From an uncultured Acidobacteriaceae bacterium (lineage in GTDB: Bacteria > Acidobacteriota > Terriglobia > Terriglobales > Acidobacteriaceae): a stretch of 64,000 nucleotides of DNA. Of the stretch, positions 37,187 to 46,392 are shown piece by piece. The translations under genes were made by a program, and so were the position numbers. The notes beneath the pieces are model-generated. The model saw only the letters and a list, made by a program, of their open reading frames with translations. It ran no database searches and was not told where the DNA came from. The DNA lies in NCBI GenBank assembly GCA_963779995.1, contig CAVZZY010000002.1, positions 278,835-342,834 of the forward strand, in the 5' to 3' direction. Each line of letters begins with the position of its first letter. Position 1 is the stretch's first letter.

Positions 37187-38203
37187 TTACCTGCCAGGGT
37201 CGTCTGAGAGCATCGGTATCTCTGCACTTTTGCCTGATGACAAACTGCAGTAGGCGGCGTCCAGAATGAGTTGGTTCTGCCAACCTTGCCGGCCAGGCGC
37301 AGGAAACACTTCCCGACCTTCAACTGCGGCAGCGAAACTGTCCGCCTGTCTCGCGTAAGCAAGGTGGTTGGAGACGGTTTCTTCGGCGGCGCGTTGTCCG
37401 TCGCGCCACAGTTCCAAGTGAATCGGTCGTTCGACACTCAGCGCATCGTTGGCCCGCAGGGTGCCCGCGTCACCCACAATCTCCAACGGCGTGCGATAGT
37501 GAGCACGAGTTGAAACCAGCACCGTGGCCAGCGTGCCCTGCTGAAACTCCAGCGACAGCACGGCCGCCGCCTCCACATCGCCCGAATTTTCGTCTGCGCG
37601 ACCGAGGGCGCTCACCAGCCGTGGTTCATCCTGCAGGATGTAACGCAAGGTGTCGATGCAATGGACGCCCACATCGGCGATAGGGCCGCCTCCCGCTATC
37701 GAGCGGTTGTAAAGCCAGGTACGAGCATGGCCTGTCCCAGAATACGAGAACTCCGCCCGGGCAAAGATCGGCCGCCCAATGTCACCATCGGCGACCCGCT
37801 CACGAAATCTCGCCGTGCTTTCCGCAAAGCGAAAGATCTGGGCGACGCCGAGAAGAACGCCAGCCTTGCGCGCCGCTTCGACCATCCGGCGGCATTCTTC
37901 CGCATCCATGCCCATCGGTTTCTCGCACAACACCGGCTTGCCGGCGGCAACCGAGGTGAGGACATCCGGCAAGTGGCAGGCATTTGGAGTGGCGACCAGA
38001 ACGGCGTCGACTTCGGGGCAGCGGCAAAGTTCTTCGGTGGAGACGAAGACACGCGGGATCGCATATTGCGCGGCAGCCTCCCGTGCCTTGTGCAAGTCGC
38101 GGCGCGATAGAGCGACCACTTTGCAATTCTTGGCAAGCGCGAAGCCCGGCATCAAGCGCCGCACGGCGTGCAATCCGAAACCCGCGATACCAAAGCGAAT
38201 CAT
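37187..38203 (-). CDS. Gfo/Idh/MocA-family NAD(P)-dependent oxidoreductase
   Basis: IRFGIAGFGLHAVRRL...VLCEKPMG is the typical N-terminal Rossmann fold with the EKP motif. Confidence 0.9.
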   Translation of the reverse strand: MIRFGIAGFGLHAVRRLMPGFALAKNCKVVALSRRDLHKAREAAAQYAIPRVFVSTEELCRCPEVDAVLVATPNACHLPDVLTSVAAGKPVLCEKPMGMDAEECRRMVEAARKAGVLLGVAQIFRFAESTARFRERVADGDIGRPIFARAEFSYSGTGHARTWLYNRSIAGGGPIADVGVHCIDTLRYILQDEPRLVSALGRADENSGDVEAAAVLSLEFQQGTLATVLVSTRAHYRTPLEIVGDAGTLRANDALSVERPIHLELWRDGQRAAEETVSNHLAYARQADSFAAAVEGREVFPAPGRQGWQNQLILDAAYCSLSSGKSAEIPMLSDDPGR

Positions 38204-38258
38204 GCGAGCCTCATCGGCTTCTCTAAACCGTCTCCTCGAAACGATCTTCTCTTAACGG

Positions 38259-39605
38259 CTACGTGTACGGATAGAAGACGAAAAACAGCAGCGACAAGGC
38301 GGTCAAAGCCCAGAGCGCCGGACGAACCTCCCGCAAGCGTCCCGAAACCAATTTGCAGAAAGGATACAAGACAAAGCCCGCCGTCATGCCAATGCCCACG
38401 TTATATGTGAACGCCATCAGCACGATGACTCCAAAGGCTGGAACCAGTTCGGTGAGGTCGTCAAAAGGAATACGCGTGATCGGAGTCAGCATCAGCAATC
38501 CAACGAAGATCAGCGCCGGTCCGTATGCCTGGGGCGGGATGGCGGAGATGAACGGCGCGAAGAATAAAGTTCCGACAAAGCATAGCGCCGTGATGACCGA
38601 GGTCAGGCCGGTTCGGCCACCAGCTTCCACTCCGGTGGCCGACTCGATAAACGCGCCGGAGGTGGTGGTCCCAATCACGGCAGCGAAGGTTGTGGCGAGC
38701 GCGTCGGCCATCATCGGGCGCTCGATCTGCGGCAGGTTGCCGTCCTTGTCGAGGAAGCCCGCGCGCGCCGACACACCGATGAGCGTGCCCATGGTGTCCA
38801 CAAAAGCTATAACAAAAATCGTCAGGACGACCGGAAAAAATCCCCAGGTGAATAGAGTGTGCAGATCGAACTGGAAAAAGACGGGCTGCAGGCTGGGCGG
38901 ACGGCTGACCCAACCTGTCGGCGCGGGAGCGACCCGAGTCACAAAACTGAGAACAGCGGTGGCGAGGACTCCGCTAAGAATCGCGGCCGGGAAGCGGCGA
39001 ATGGTGAGCACCGTCATCAGCAGGAAACCAAAGATGGAAAGCAGAACCGAGAGCGAAGTGATATGGCCCGGACGGACCGGCGCACCGGGCGATCCCAGGG
39101 TAACAATGCCGGTCTGATTCAGCCCGATGAAAGTGAGAAATAATCCGATGCCGACGGCGTAGCTGTAACGAAGCGTAGCGGGAATGGCGTCGACCATCCA
39201 CTGGCGGAGGCGGAACAGGGTCATCAGAATAAAAAGAATTCCGGCCAGGAACACCGCGCCCAGGGCGCTTTGCCACGTGTAGCCGAGCACATGAACAACG
39301 GTGAACGCGATGAAAGCGTTTTCGCCCATATACGGACCGATGGCAAAAGGGCGGTTGGCATAGAAGCCCATCAGCAGCGTTCCGAAAATCGCGGTGAGAA
39401 TGGTGGCCGTGAGCGAGGCGCCAGCCGGCATGCCGGCAGTTTTCAGGATGGCAGGGTTGACGGCCACGATGTAGGCCATCGTAAAGAAGGTGGTAAGCCC
39501 GGCGACAATTTCGCGGCGGACGGTTGTCTGGTGATGAGAGAGTTCAAAGAACTGATCAAGCCAACGGTTCAAGATGCCCTCGCGTGGAAAATCAGGATTG
39601 TACAT
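38259..39605 (-). CDS. NCS2/AzgA-family purine (adenine/guanine/hypoxanthine) permease
   Basis: TTVRREIVAGLTTFFTMAYIVAVNPAIL plus 12-13 TM helices. 448 aa. Confidence 0.9.
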   Translation of the reverse strand: MYNPDFPREGILNRWLDQFFELSHHQTTVRREIVAGLTTFFTMAYIVAVNPAILKTAGMPAGASLTATILTAIFGTLLMGFYANRPFAIGPYMGENAFIAFTVVHVLGYTWQSALGAVFLAGILFILMTLFRLRQWMVDAIPATLRYSYAVGIGLFLTFIGLNQTGIVTLGSPGAPVRPGHITSLSVLLSIFGFLLMTVLTIRRFPAAILSGVLATAVLSFVTRVAPAPTGWVSRPPSLQPVFFQFDLHTLFTWGFFPVVLTIFVIAFVDTMGTLIGVSARAGFLDKDGNLPQIERPMMADALATTFAAVIGTTTSGAFIESATGVEAGGRTGLTSVITALCFVGTLFFAPFISAIPPQAYGPALIFVGLLMLTPITRIPFDDLTELVPAFGVIVLMAFTYNVGIGMTAGFVLYPFCKLVSGRLREVRPALWALTALSLLFFVFYPYT

Positions 39606-39644
39606 TCACCGCGCGCGAAGGACGAATCGAGACGAAGTTTTTCC

Positions 39645-39735
39645 TCTGTGTCTCAACTGTGTACCCCCGTGTCCCCTGTGGTCGCGCTCCAGAACCAGCG
39701 AACAGCGAGAAACTACAGACACAGGGGGGAATAAC
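39645..39735. repeat. CTCTGTG-type REP-like element
   Basis: CCTCTGTGTCTCAACTGTGTACCCCCGTGTCCCCTGTGG...CTACAGACACAGGGGGG. Related to the arms at 8065-8110. Confidence 0.6.
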
Positions 39736-39783
39736 AGAGAAAGGCGACTTCGAGTGCGTTCCTGACCGGTCAACGACGAGCGA

Positions 39784-40782
39784 TCAGCGATTACCCAATT
39801 CGGCGAGCAGCATGGGATCGATGTTGCCGCCGCTGATCACGGCGACGTTGATCGCCGTCTTGGGCAACTCGTCGGCATGGAAAAGAAATGCGGCTGCGGC
39901 GACGGCGCCGCTCGGTTCGGCGAGCGTTTTCGCATTCGCACTCAGAGTGCGCATAGCCGCGCGAATCTCGTCTTCCGTGACGCTGACGATGTCGTCAACA
40001 TAGGCGCGGATGTGTTCGAAATTGATGGCACCGATGCTCTGCGTGCGAAGACCGTCGGCCAGCGTCTGCGAGACCTGCTCCGCAGGGGCGGAGACGATCC
40101 GTCCGGCGCGCAAGCTGGCGCGCGCATCGGAGGCAAGTTCAGGCTCAACGCCAATCACGTTCACTCGTTGGCCAAGCTTGGGTTGGACAAGCTTTGGATT
40201 ACTGAGAGGCTTGCTGAGCTTAATGGCGGCCGAGACGCCGCTGATCAGCCCGCCCCCGCCGACCGGGACCAGCACGGTTTCGACGTTCGGCAGGTCTTCG
40301 AGAATTTCGAGGCCAACCGTGCCCTGGCCGGCGATGATCTTTTCGTCATTGTAGGGCGGCACGATCGCGTAGCCGTGCTCGGCGGCCAGTTCTTCGGCGC
40401 GCAGGCGGCGTTCTTCGCTGCTCGGGCCGACAACGACGATCTTCGCTCCAAGCGCGGCGGTAGCGTCAAGCTTGTTCTTCGGAGCGTTGCTAGGCATAAC
40501 AATGATAGCCCTCACGCCCAGTGCCCGCGCCGCGTAGGCCACGCCCTGCGCGTGATTGCCGCTGGAATAGGAAATGACTCCGCGGCGGCGTTCTTCGTCG
40601 CTAAGGGATGCGACCTTGTTATAGGCGCCGCGCAGCTTGAAAGCGCCGATAGGCTGAAGGTTTTCGAGCTTAAGGAAGAGCTTGCGTTGATCCCCAGCGC
40701 CTGTCCATTCCAGCAGAGGCGTGCGCACGGCGATGCCCCGGAGAAGCGTGCGGGCTTGCTGAATGTCAGCTAGGGTTACGAT
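39784..40782 (-). CDS. Threonine ammonia-lyase/serine dehydratase-like PLP enzyme (short, catabolic type)
   Basis: FLKLENLQPIGAFKLRGAYN (PLP lysine) and SSGNHAQGVA. The conserved N-terminus TLADIQQARTLLRGIA lies upstream of the first canonical start (GTG 40728). ATC at 40782 follows AAGGAGAG. Confidence 0.85.
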   Translation of the reverse strand: MVTLADIQQARTLLRGIAVRTPLLEWTGAGDQRKLFLKLENLQPIGAFKLRGAYNKVASLSDEERRRGVISYSSGNHAQGVAYAARALGVRAIIVMPSNAPKNKLDATAALGAKIVVVGPSSEERRLRAEELAAEHGYAIVPPYNDEKIIAGQGTVGLEILEDLPNVETVLVPVGGGGLISGVSAAIKLSKPLSNPKLVQPKLGQRVNVIGVEPELASDARASLRAGRIVSAPAEQVSQTLADGLRTQSIGAINFEHIRAYVDDIVSVTEDEIRAAMRTLSANAKTLAEPSGAVAAAAFLFHADELPKTAINVAVISGGNIDPMLLAELGNR

Positions 40783-40797
40783 GCAGGGTCTCTCCTT

Positions 40798-40816
40798 GGC
40801 GTCTCGGCGGTGAAAA
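40798..40816. repeat. Family C unit GGCGTCTCGGCGGTGAAAA
   Basis: 19-nt block identical to 8127-8145 and 46369-46387. Confidence 0.85.
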
Positions 40817-40819
40817 GGC

Positions 40820-42485
40820 TCAAATCTCCAGTATCACCGGCATGATCAGCGGCCGCCGCTGCGTCTGCCGCGAGATGTAGCGCTTCAGGTCGGTGCGGAT
40901 TTTCTCCTTGATCACGCCATAGTCGGCTTTCTCTTCGGCGCTGGAGGCATCGAGCGTCTCCATGACAATCTCCCGCGCTCGCTCGATCACGCCGTTCTCG
41001 CCGGGAGCGAATCCTCGGGTCACTATCTCGGGCGAAGCTTCGACGAGTCCGGTGAGCTTGTTAATGGCGATGATCGGCATCACGAAGCCGTCTTCGCTGA
41101 GATGGCGGCGGTCTTTTATCACTAAATCTTCCACTACATCTGTGCGCGAGCCGGAATCGATGCAGACGCGGCCCACGTTGATGCGTCCGGCCTTGCGCGC
41201 TCCGAGATCATCGATTTCGAGAACGTCTCCACTCTCGATCAGCAGCACGCTGCCGACCGAGCCGTGCATCGACGCGGCCAGTTCGGCATGCAACTTGAGC
41301 TGCCGGTATTCGCCGTGAATCGGCACAAAATACTTGGGCCGCACCAGGTTGATGATGAGCTTCAATTCTTCCTGGCTGGCGTGTCCGCTGACGTGGATCG
41401 GAGGATAAGAGCCGTCGTCATAGATCACGTGCGCTTCGCGGCGGAAGAGGTGGTCCACCATGCGGAAAATGGCTTTTTCGTTGCCAGGAATGATGCGCGA
41501 CGACAGTACGACGGTATCGCCCTTTTCGATTTTCGCGTGCTTGTGGTTATCCACTGCCGCCCGCGACAGCGCCGACATGGGTTCGCCCTGCGTGCCGCTG
41601 ATGAGGACGCACACTTTCTCCGGGAGCGAAGTTTCTCATTTCGCCGGGATGGATCAGCATGCCCTCGGGAATCTGGACATAACCCAGGTCTTCGGCGATC
41701 TCGGAAGAATTGTTCATGGAGCGGCCGATGAAACAGATCTTGCGGCCGTGCTCGCGCGCCATGTCGACGGTCAGCTTGATGCGGTGAATCGAGGACGAGA
41801 AGCAGGAGATGAAAAGACGCCGCTGGGTGCGGGCAAATACCTCTTCGAACTTGCGGCGGACAGCACGCTCGCTCGGAGTGTAGCCCTTGCGCTCGACGTT
41901 AGTGGAATCCTGCAAGAGCGCCAGCACTCCTTCTTTGCCGTACTCGGCGAAACCGTGCAGGTCGAAGAGGCGGTTATCGGTCGGCGTAGGGTCGACCTTG
42001 AAGTCGCCGGTATGCAGCACAACCCCAATCGGTGTGTGGATGGCGAGCGCGACACAATCGACCAGGCTGTGCGTTACCTGCAGCGGATGAATTGTGAATG
42101 GCCCAACCTGGAAGCGCTCTCCGGGACGAATTTCGCGCAGGTCGGCGTCATCGAGGAGCTGGTGCTCGTCAAGCTTATCTTCGACGTAGGCCAGCGTGAA
42201 CTCGGTGCCCCAGACCGGAACGTTCAGTTCGCCGAGAATCCAGGGCAAAGCTCCGATGTGATCTTCGTGGCCGTGAGTGAGGATGATGCCACGCACGAGC
42301 TTGCGATTTTCAAGCAGGTAAGAAATGTCGGGAACGACAATGTCGACGCCCAGCAACTCGGCTTCGGGGAACATCAGGCCGGCGTCAACCACGATGATGT
42401 CATCGCCCCAGCGGATGGCCATGCAGTTCATACCGAACTCGCCCAGCCCGCCTAGCGGAACAATATGCAGTTTTCCTTTTGACAT
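40820..42485 (-). pseudogene. rnj: Ribonuclease J interrupted by one +1 frameshift or sequence error
   Basis: MSKGKLHIVPLGGLGEFGMNC...ILTHGHEDHIGALP (metallo-beta-lactamase) ...HPGEMRNFAP | EKVCVLISGTQGEPMSAL...VSGHASQEEL...IHGEYR. The junction is near 41618-41624. Confidence 0.88.
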
Positions 42486-42520
42486 TAGACAAATCGATGC
42501 TAGCACAGCGAGAGGTTCAT

Positions 42521-42585
42521 GTAGAGACGGGGCTCGGCCCGTGTGATTTGGACACGGCGGGAGACGCGGCAAGTCGTGTCTCTAC
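42521..42585. repeat. REP family A element
   Basis: GTAGAGACGGGGCTCGGCCCGTGTG...GGGAGACGCGGCAAGTCGTGTCTCTAC. Confidence 0.85.
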
Positions 42586-42632
42586 AGGAACTCGGAGGCG
42601 CGTTAGGTTGGCTGATAAACTCGTACTTGAGA

Positions 42633-43340
42633 ATGACGGACAAGAATAGGGTCGAGAAAAAATCGTGGATGCGGCGGCGCGTCGAAGGCGCGATCCGCGG
42701 AGGTCTGACTCGCGCGTACGAGACGATCAAGGTTGATCCCGGGCGCTTCCTGATGCAGTTGCGCGTGGCGCACGGGTTGCCGCTGGCAACTTTTCACGGA
42801 GTGTACACGCTGCCGGTGGAACGCCTCGACGATGTGGCGGAGTCGGTGATCCGCGGCGGCATGAAGCTGGCGGCGGCGGAAGGAGCGGGGTTTGGTCTCG
42901 GCGGAATCCTGACGATCGTGCCGGACCTCGGGATTCTTTCGGCCATTACCATGCGCACCATCCAGAAGCTCAGCCTGATTTACGGTTTCGAGTTGAACAC
43001 CGACGACGAAATTGCCGAGCTATGGATTGCAGCGGCCAGCGCCGCCGGGGTGGACATCAGCCGCGAATTGCTGGAAAAAGAGGTGGTCAACCGCTTCGTG
43101 CCGCGCGTGATCCAGCGGATTGCGGTGAGGGCCGGCGCCGAAGTGGCCGAGAAGTGGGCCGGACGCCTGATTCCGATTACCAGCTCGGCCATCGGGTGCG
43201 CCCTGAACTATTACTTCGTGAAGGCGTGGGGCGAGCGGGCACGGGCGCACTTTCGCGGGAAGCATGTCGAGGCGCGGCGCAGGTTCTCGGAGGAACAGAT
43301 GCAACTTCCGGCGGCGGTGTCGCCGATGTTGCCGTCGTGA
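42633..43340 (+). CDS. EcsC-family protein
   Basis: GGMKLAAAEGAGFGLGGILTIVPDLGILSAITMRTIQKLSLIYGF is the characteristic EcsC core. Start taken at ATG 42633, downstream of the REP. Confidence 0.75.
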   Translation: MTDKNRVEKKSWMRRRVEGAIRGGLTRAYETIKVDPGRFLMQLRVAHGLPLATFHGVYTLPVERLDDVAESVIRGGMKLAAAEGAGFGLGGILTIVPDLGILSAITMRTIQKLSLIYGFELNTDDEIAELWIAAASAAGVDISRELLEKEVVNRFVPRVIQRIAVRAGAEVAEKWAGRLIPITSSAIGCALNYYFVKAWGERARAHFRGKHVEARRRFSEEQMQLPAAVSPMLPS

Positions 43341-43418
43341 TCAGGTTTCCAGATTTCCCGATTTGCTGTGTGGACGGCTTTAGCCGCCGAGGGCGCGCAC
43401 TCCCAGGTCGCAGCCGTT

Positions 43419-44270
43419 CTACCGCAGCCACTCCTCCAGTTCAATGCCACGCTCAGTCTTTTCGTCACGATATTTAACGATCACCGGTGTGTAGAGCGAC
43501 AGATTCCATTCGTCGGATTTCCCCTTGCCTTTTTTCACGGCGCGCGAGCCGGGGACGACCACGGCGTTCTCTGGAACCTCCAGAGGCCGCTCCGCTGTTG
43601 CCCGGTAGATTTCGCCGCGCACAAGATCATAGAGCGGCGTGGATCGCGTCAGAATCGTTCCCGCCCCCAAAACCGCGCGGGTGCGCACCAGCGTGCCTTC
43701 GTATACTCCGCAGTTGCCGCCGACCAGCACATCGTCTTCGATAATTACCGGAGCGGCGTTGACGGGTTCCAGTACGCCTCCGATCTGTGCGGCGGCGCTC
43801 AGGTGCACACGCTTGCCGACCTGCGCGCAAGAGCCGACCAGCGCATGCGAGTCGATCATCGAGCCTTCATCCACGTAGGCGCCGACGTTGATGAACATAG
43901 GAGGCATGCAGACAACGGACGGCGCAACGTGCGCTCCTTCGCGGATAGAAGAACCACCGGGCACCAGGCGAACCCGATCGGCGAGGGTGAGGCGACGGGC
44001 TGGGAAAGTGTCCTTGTCAATAAAGGAAAGTACGTCTCCGTCCGACATTTTTACCAACTCGCCAAGCCGGAAGCCCAGCAGGATGCCTTGCTTCACCCAG
44101 GCGTTGACCACCCAGTGTCCGCCGACATTCTCAGCGGCGCGAGCCTCGCCCCGAGTCAGAGCGGCGCGGAAGTCGAAAAAAGTGGCGCGGGCTTCGTCGG
44201 GATTGTCGATCGTTTCGCGCGTCGCGAGATGTTCAATGACCGACTTCAAAGTGGATAGTGAATGTGACAT
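43419..44270 (-). CDS. dapD: 2,3,4,5-tetrahydropyridine-2,6-dicarboxylate N-succinyltransferase
   Basis: FINVGAYVDEGSMIDSHALVGSCAQVGKRVHLSAAAQIGGVLEP...IIEDDVLVGG (hexapeptide repeats) and the C-terminal VIVKYRDEKT...ELEEWLR. Confidence 0.9.
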   Translation of the reverse strand: MSHSLSTLKSVIEHLATRETIDNPDEARATFFDFRAALTRGEARAAENVGGHWVVNAWVKQGILLGFRLGELVKMSDGDVLSFIDKDTFPARRLTLADRVRLVPGGSSIREGAHVAPSVVCMPPMFINVGAYVDEGSMIDSHALVGSCAQVGKRVHLSAAAQIGGVLEPVNAAPVIIEDDVLVGGNCGVYEGTLVRTRAVLGAGTILTRSTPLYDLVRGEIYRATAERPLEVPENAVVVPGSRAVKKGKGKSDEWNLSLYTPVIVKYRDEKTERGIELEEWLR

Positions 44271-44307
44271 AGGAAAGTAGGGATCTGTGAAACTCTTGGC
44301 GCCGAAC

Positions 44308-44335
44308 GGCTGACGACTGATGGCTGATGGCTGCC
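44308..44335. repeat. 7-nt-periodic spacer (GGCTGAT units) between dapA and dapD
   Basis: GGCTGAC GACTGAT GGCTGAT GGCTGCC read directly from the sequence. Confidence 0.65.
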
Positions 44336-45466
44336 TTACGCCACGCACTTGCATTCGCTGCGGATCAGCACCCCGGGCATTTGGTGAGTCGCCTCGCGCG
44401 CCTCGGTGAGAGTGCCGTACGGTCCGTGCCAGCGCGAATGATTGGGATCGTGTCCGGCGGGGCGTCCTTTGCCCGAACTGCACTGTCCGCAGGATCCGCG
44501 GTGCAGCATCGCTTTGTGCGGGCCCGCTGCCCAATTTTCGTAAATATAGAATTCGGTGGCAGCGGCCGGCGGGGCCGCGGGCCGGGCAACCAATCCGGCG
44601 TCGGTCGCGATCTTCTGCAGCTTTGATCGCGTGTCGCGGCGCATGGGAAGCAGGGGCAGGCGATAGACTTCTTCAATCTTCCCCATCATCGCGAGCACGG
44701 CCTTCACCGGCAGCGGACTCGATTCGATGAAATTGGCCAGCATCAGCGGAAGATACTTGCGGTGGAGGGTGCGCGCGGTGTGCCAGTCGTTCCCGAGAGC
44801 AGCGCGCGTCATCTCCGCCATTTCGCGGGGAATTTCGTTGGAGGCAACCGAGATCACGCCCACGCCGCCGAGCGCGATCACCGGCAGAGTAACGGCGTCG
44901 TCGCCGGAAAGCACGAGAAAACTCTCCGGCACCGAGTTCAGCACCTCCGCGATCTGCGTCATGTTTCCGCTGGCTTCCTTCACGCCCGCGATATTCGCGA
45001 CCTCGGTCAACCGCGCCAGGGTCACGGGTTCGAGATTGGCGGAGGTGCGGCCCGGCACGTTGTACAGGATGACAGGCTTGTCGACCGCTTCGGCGATCGC
45101 GCGGAAGTGCCGGTATTGGCCTTCCTGTGTCGGCTTGTTGTAGTACGGCGAAGCGGTGAGGATGGCGTTGACGCCCGGCCGCGCCGCCACTTCTTTCGCT
45201 TTGGCCACAGCCTCCTGCGTCGAGTTGGAGGTGGCGCCGGCAATAATCGGCACGCGTCCGGCGACGACTTCGATGGTCACATCGATGACGCGCAGCCACT
45301 CATCGCGGTTGAGCGTGGGAGTTTCTCCCGTAGTGCCGCAGGGAATCAGAAAGTCGATGCCCGATTCCACCTGCCAGGCGACCAGATTACGCAGGGCGTT
45401 TTCGTCTACCGCGCCGTCCTGAGAGAACGGCGTGACCAAAGCCGTACCACATCCTCGCAGTTGCAT
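44336..45466 (-). CDS. dapA: 4-hydroxy-tetrahydrodipicolinate synthase with an extra 72-aa Cys-rich C-terminal domain
   Basis: GTALVTPF...CGTTGE...YNVPGRT...GVKEASG is DapA. After an ARPAAPPAAAT linker comes EFYIYENW...HRGSCGQCSSGKG...WHGPY...SECKCVA. Confidence 0.9.
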   Translation of the reverse strand: MQLRGCGTALVTPFSQDGAVDENALRNLVAWQVESGIDFLIPCGTTGETPTLNRDEWLRVIDVTIEVVAGRVPIIAGATSNSTQEAVAKAKEVAARPGVNAILTASPYYNKPTQEGQYRHFRAIAEAVDKPVILYNVPGRTSANLEPVTLARLTEVANIAGVKEASGNMTQIAEVLNSVPESFLVLSGDDAVTLPVIALGGVGVISVASNEIPREMAEMTRAALGNDWHTARTLHRKYLPLMLANFIESSPLPVKAVLAMMGKIEEVYRLPLLPMRRDTRSKLQKIATDAGLVARPAAPPAAATEFYIYENWAAGPHKAMLHRGSCGQCSSGKGRPAGHDPNHSRWHGPYGTLTEAREATHQMPGVLIRSECKCVA

Positions 45467-45594
45467 GTGTTAAGGATAACTCTTCTCGAGAGCGCTTGCA
45501 TGAGCTGGTATTGCTCGTGTGGGGACGGCCTTTGCCCGTCCAAGCCGAGCGAAACTCGGCAGTGCCTGCGGCTTTACCGAATCCAGGGAGCGCT

Positions 45595-46275
45595 CTAAAG
45601 TTCGCGCCAGACGTTGCGGAACTCGTAGAAACCGGTTTTCCCCGCCAGCCACTCGGCGGCGCGCACGGCGCCTTCGCCGAATCCGCGGCGCGACTTGGCG
45701 TCGTGGCACAAATAGATTCGATCGCTGGCGGAATTGAAGATCACTTCGTGCATGCCGACTACGTCCCCCTCGCGAAAGGAAACGATCTCGAGTTCCTGAC
45801 CTCCGCATTCGCGCACAATCTTCTGGATGGTGATGGCAGTTCCGGAAGGAGCGTCTTTTTTTTGCGCATGATGACGCTCGAAAATCTCGCCCGAGTAATC
45901 GTATTTCAGCGCGGCCGCGGCGGTTGCGACAATCTCGAAGAACAGGTTTACGCCGATGGAAAAATTCGACCCGTAGAGAAAGCCCGTCTTTGCGGAGAGC
46001 ACCATTTCCCGCAAGCGCGGCAATTGCTCGTACCAGCCGGTGGTTCCGACGACGAGGTTCTTTCCGGCGCGGATGCAGGCCTCGGCATTGGCCATGACCG
46101 CGGAGGGCGCGGTGAAGTCGATGGCCACGTCGAAGGGGGCAAGGAAAGCGGGACTGAGGGCGCAGGCATCAGCGTTTTCGTCGACGTCCAAGGCGCGGAC
46201 ATTGTGGCGGCGCGCGTGCGCAACTTCGGCGACCACCGAACCCGTTTTGCCGCGCCCGAGAATCAGAAGATTCAT
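45595..46275 (-). CDS. dapB: 4-hydroxy-tetrahydrodipicolinate reductase
   Basis: LLILGRGKTG, VVGTTGW and ERHHAQKKDAPSGTA motifs. ATG 46275 is preferred over GTG 46290. Confidence 0.9.
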   Translation of the reverse strand: MNLLILGRGKTGSVVAEVAHARRHNVRALDVDENADACALSPAFLAPFDVAIDFTAPSAVMANAEACIRAGKNLVVGTTGWYEQLPRLREMVLSAKTGFLYGSNFSIGVNLFFEIVATAAAALKYDYSGEIFERHHAQKKDAPSGTAITIQKIVRECGGQELEIVSFREGDVVGMHEVIFNSASDRIYLCHDAKSRRGFGEGAVRAAEWLAGKTGFYEFRNVWREL

Positions 46276-46284
46276 GGAGAAACC

Positions 46285-46387
46285 TTTCACCGCCGAAACG
46301 CCGAGGGCGCAGAGAAAAATCTGGAAAACAAATGTTTAGCTCGCGTTCTTGGTTTTCTCCGCGTCCTCGGCGTCTCGGCGGTGAAAA
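46285..46387. repeat. Composite family C hairpin filling the dapB-lysC spacer
   Basis: TTTCACCGCCGAAACGCCGAGG (46285-46306) is the inverted copy of CCTCGGCGTCTCGGCGGTGAAA (46365-46386). Confidence 0.85.
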
Positions 46388-46392
46388 CCACT

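Noticed and set aside
39606-39783. Purine riboswitch upstream of the NCS2 purine permease
   Set aside because: I read the minus-strand leader and found no UAUA...GGAUAUGG...GUUUCUACC...CCGUAAA-type core. The region is instead a CTCTGTG-type REP element.
41615-41627. Programmed ribosomal frameshifting at the RNase J break, and at the other breaks
   Set aside because: None of the seven sites has a slippery heptamer or a stimulatory structure. These gene families are not known to use recoding. All the breaks go in the +1-base direction across unrelated genes.
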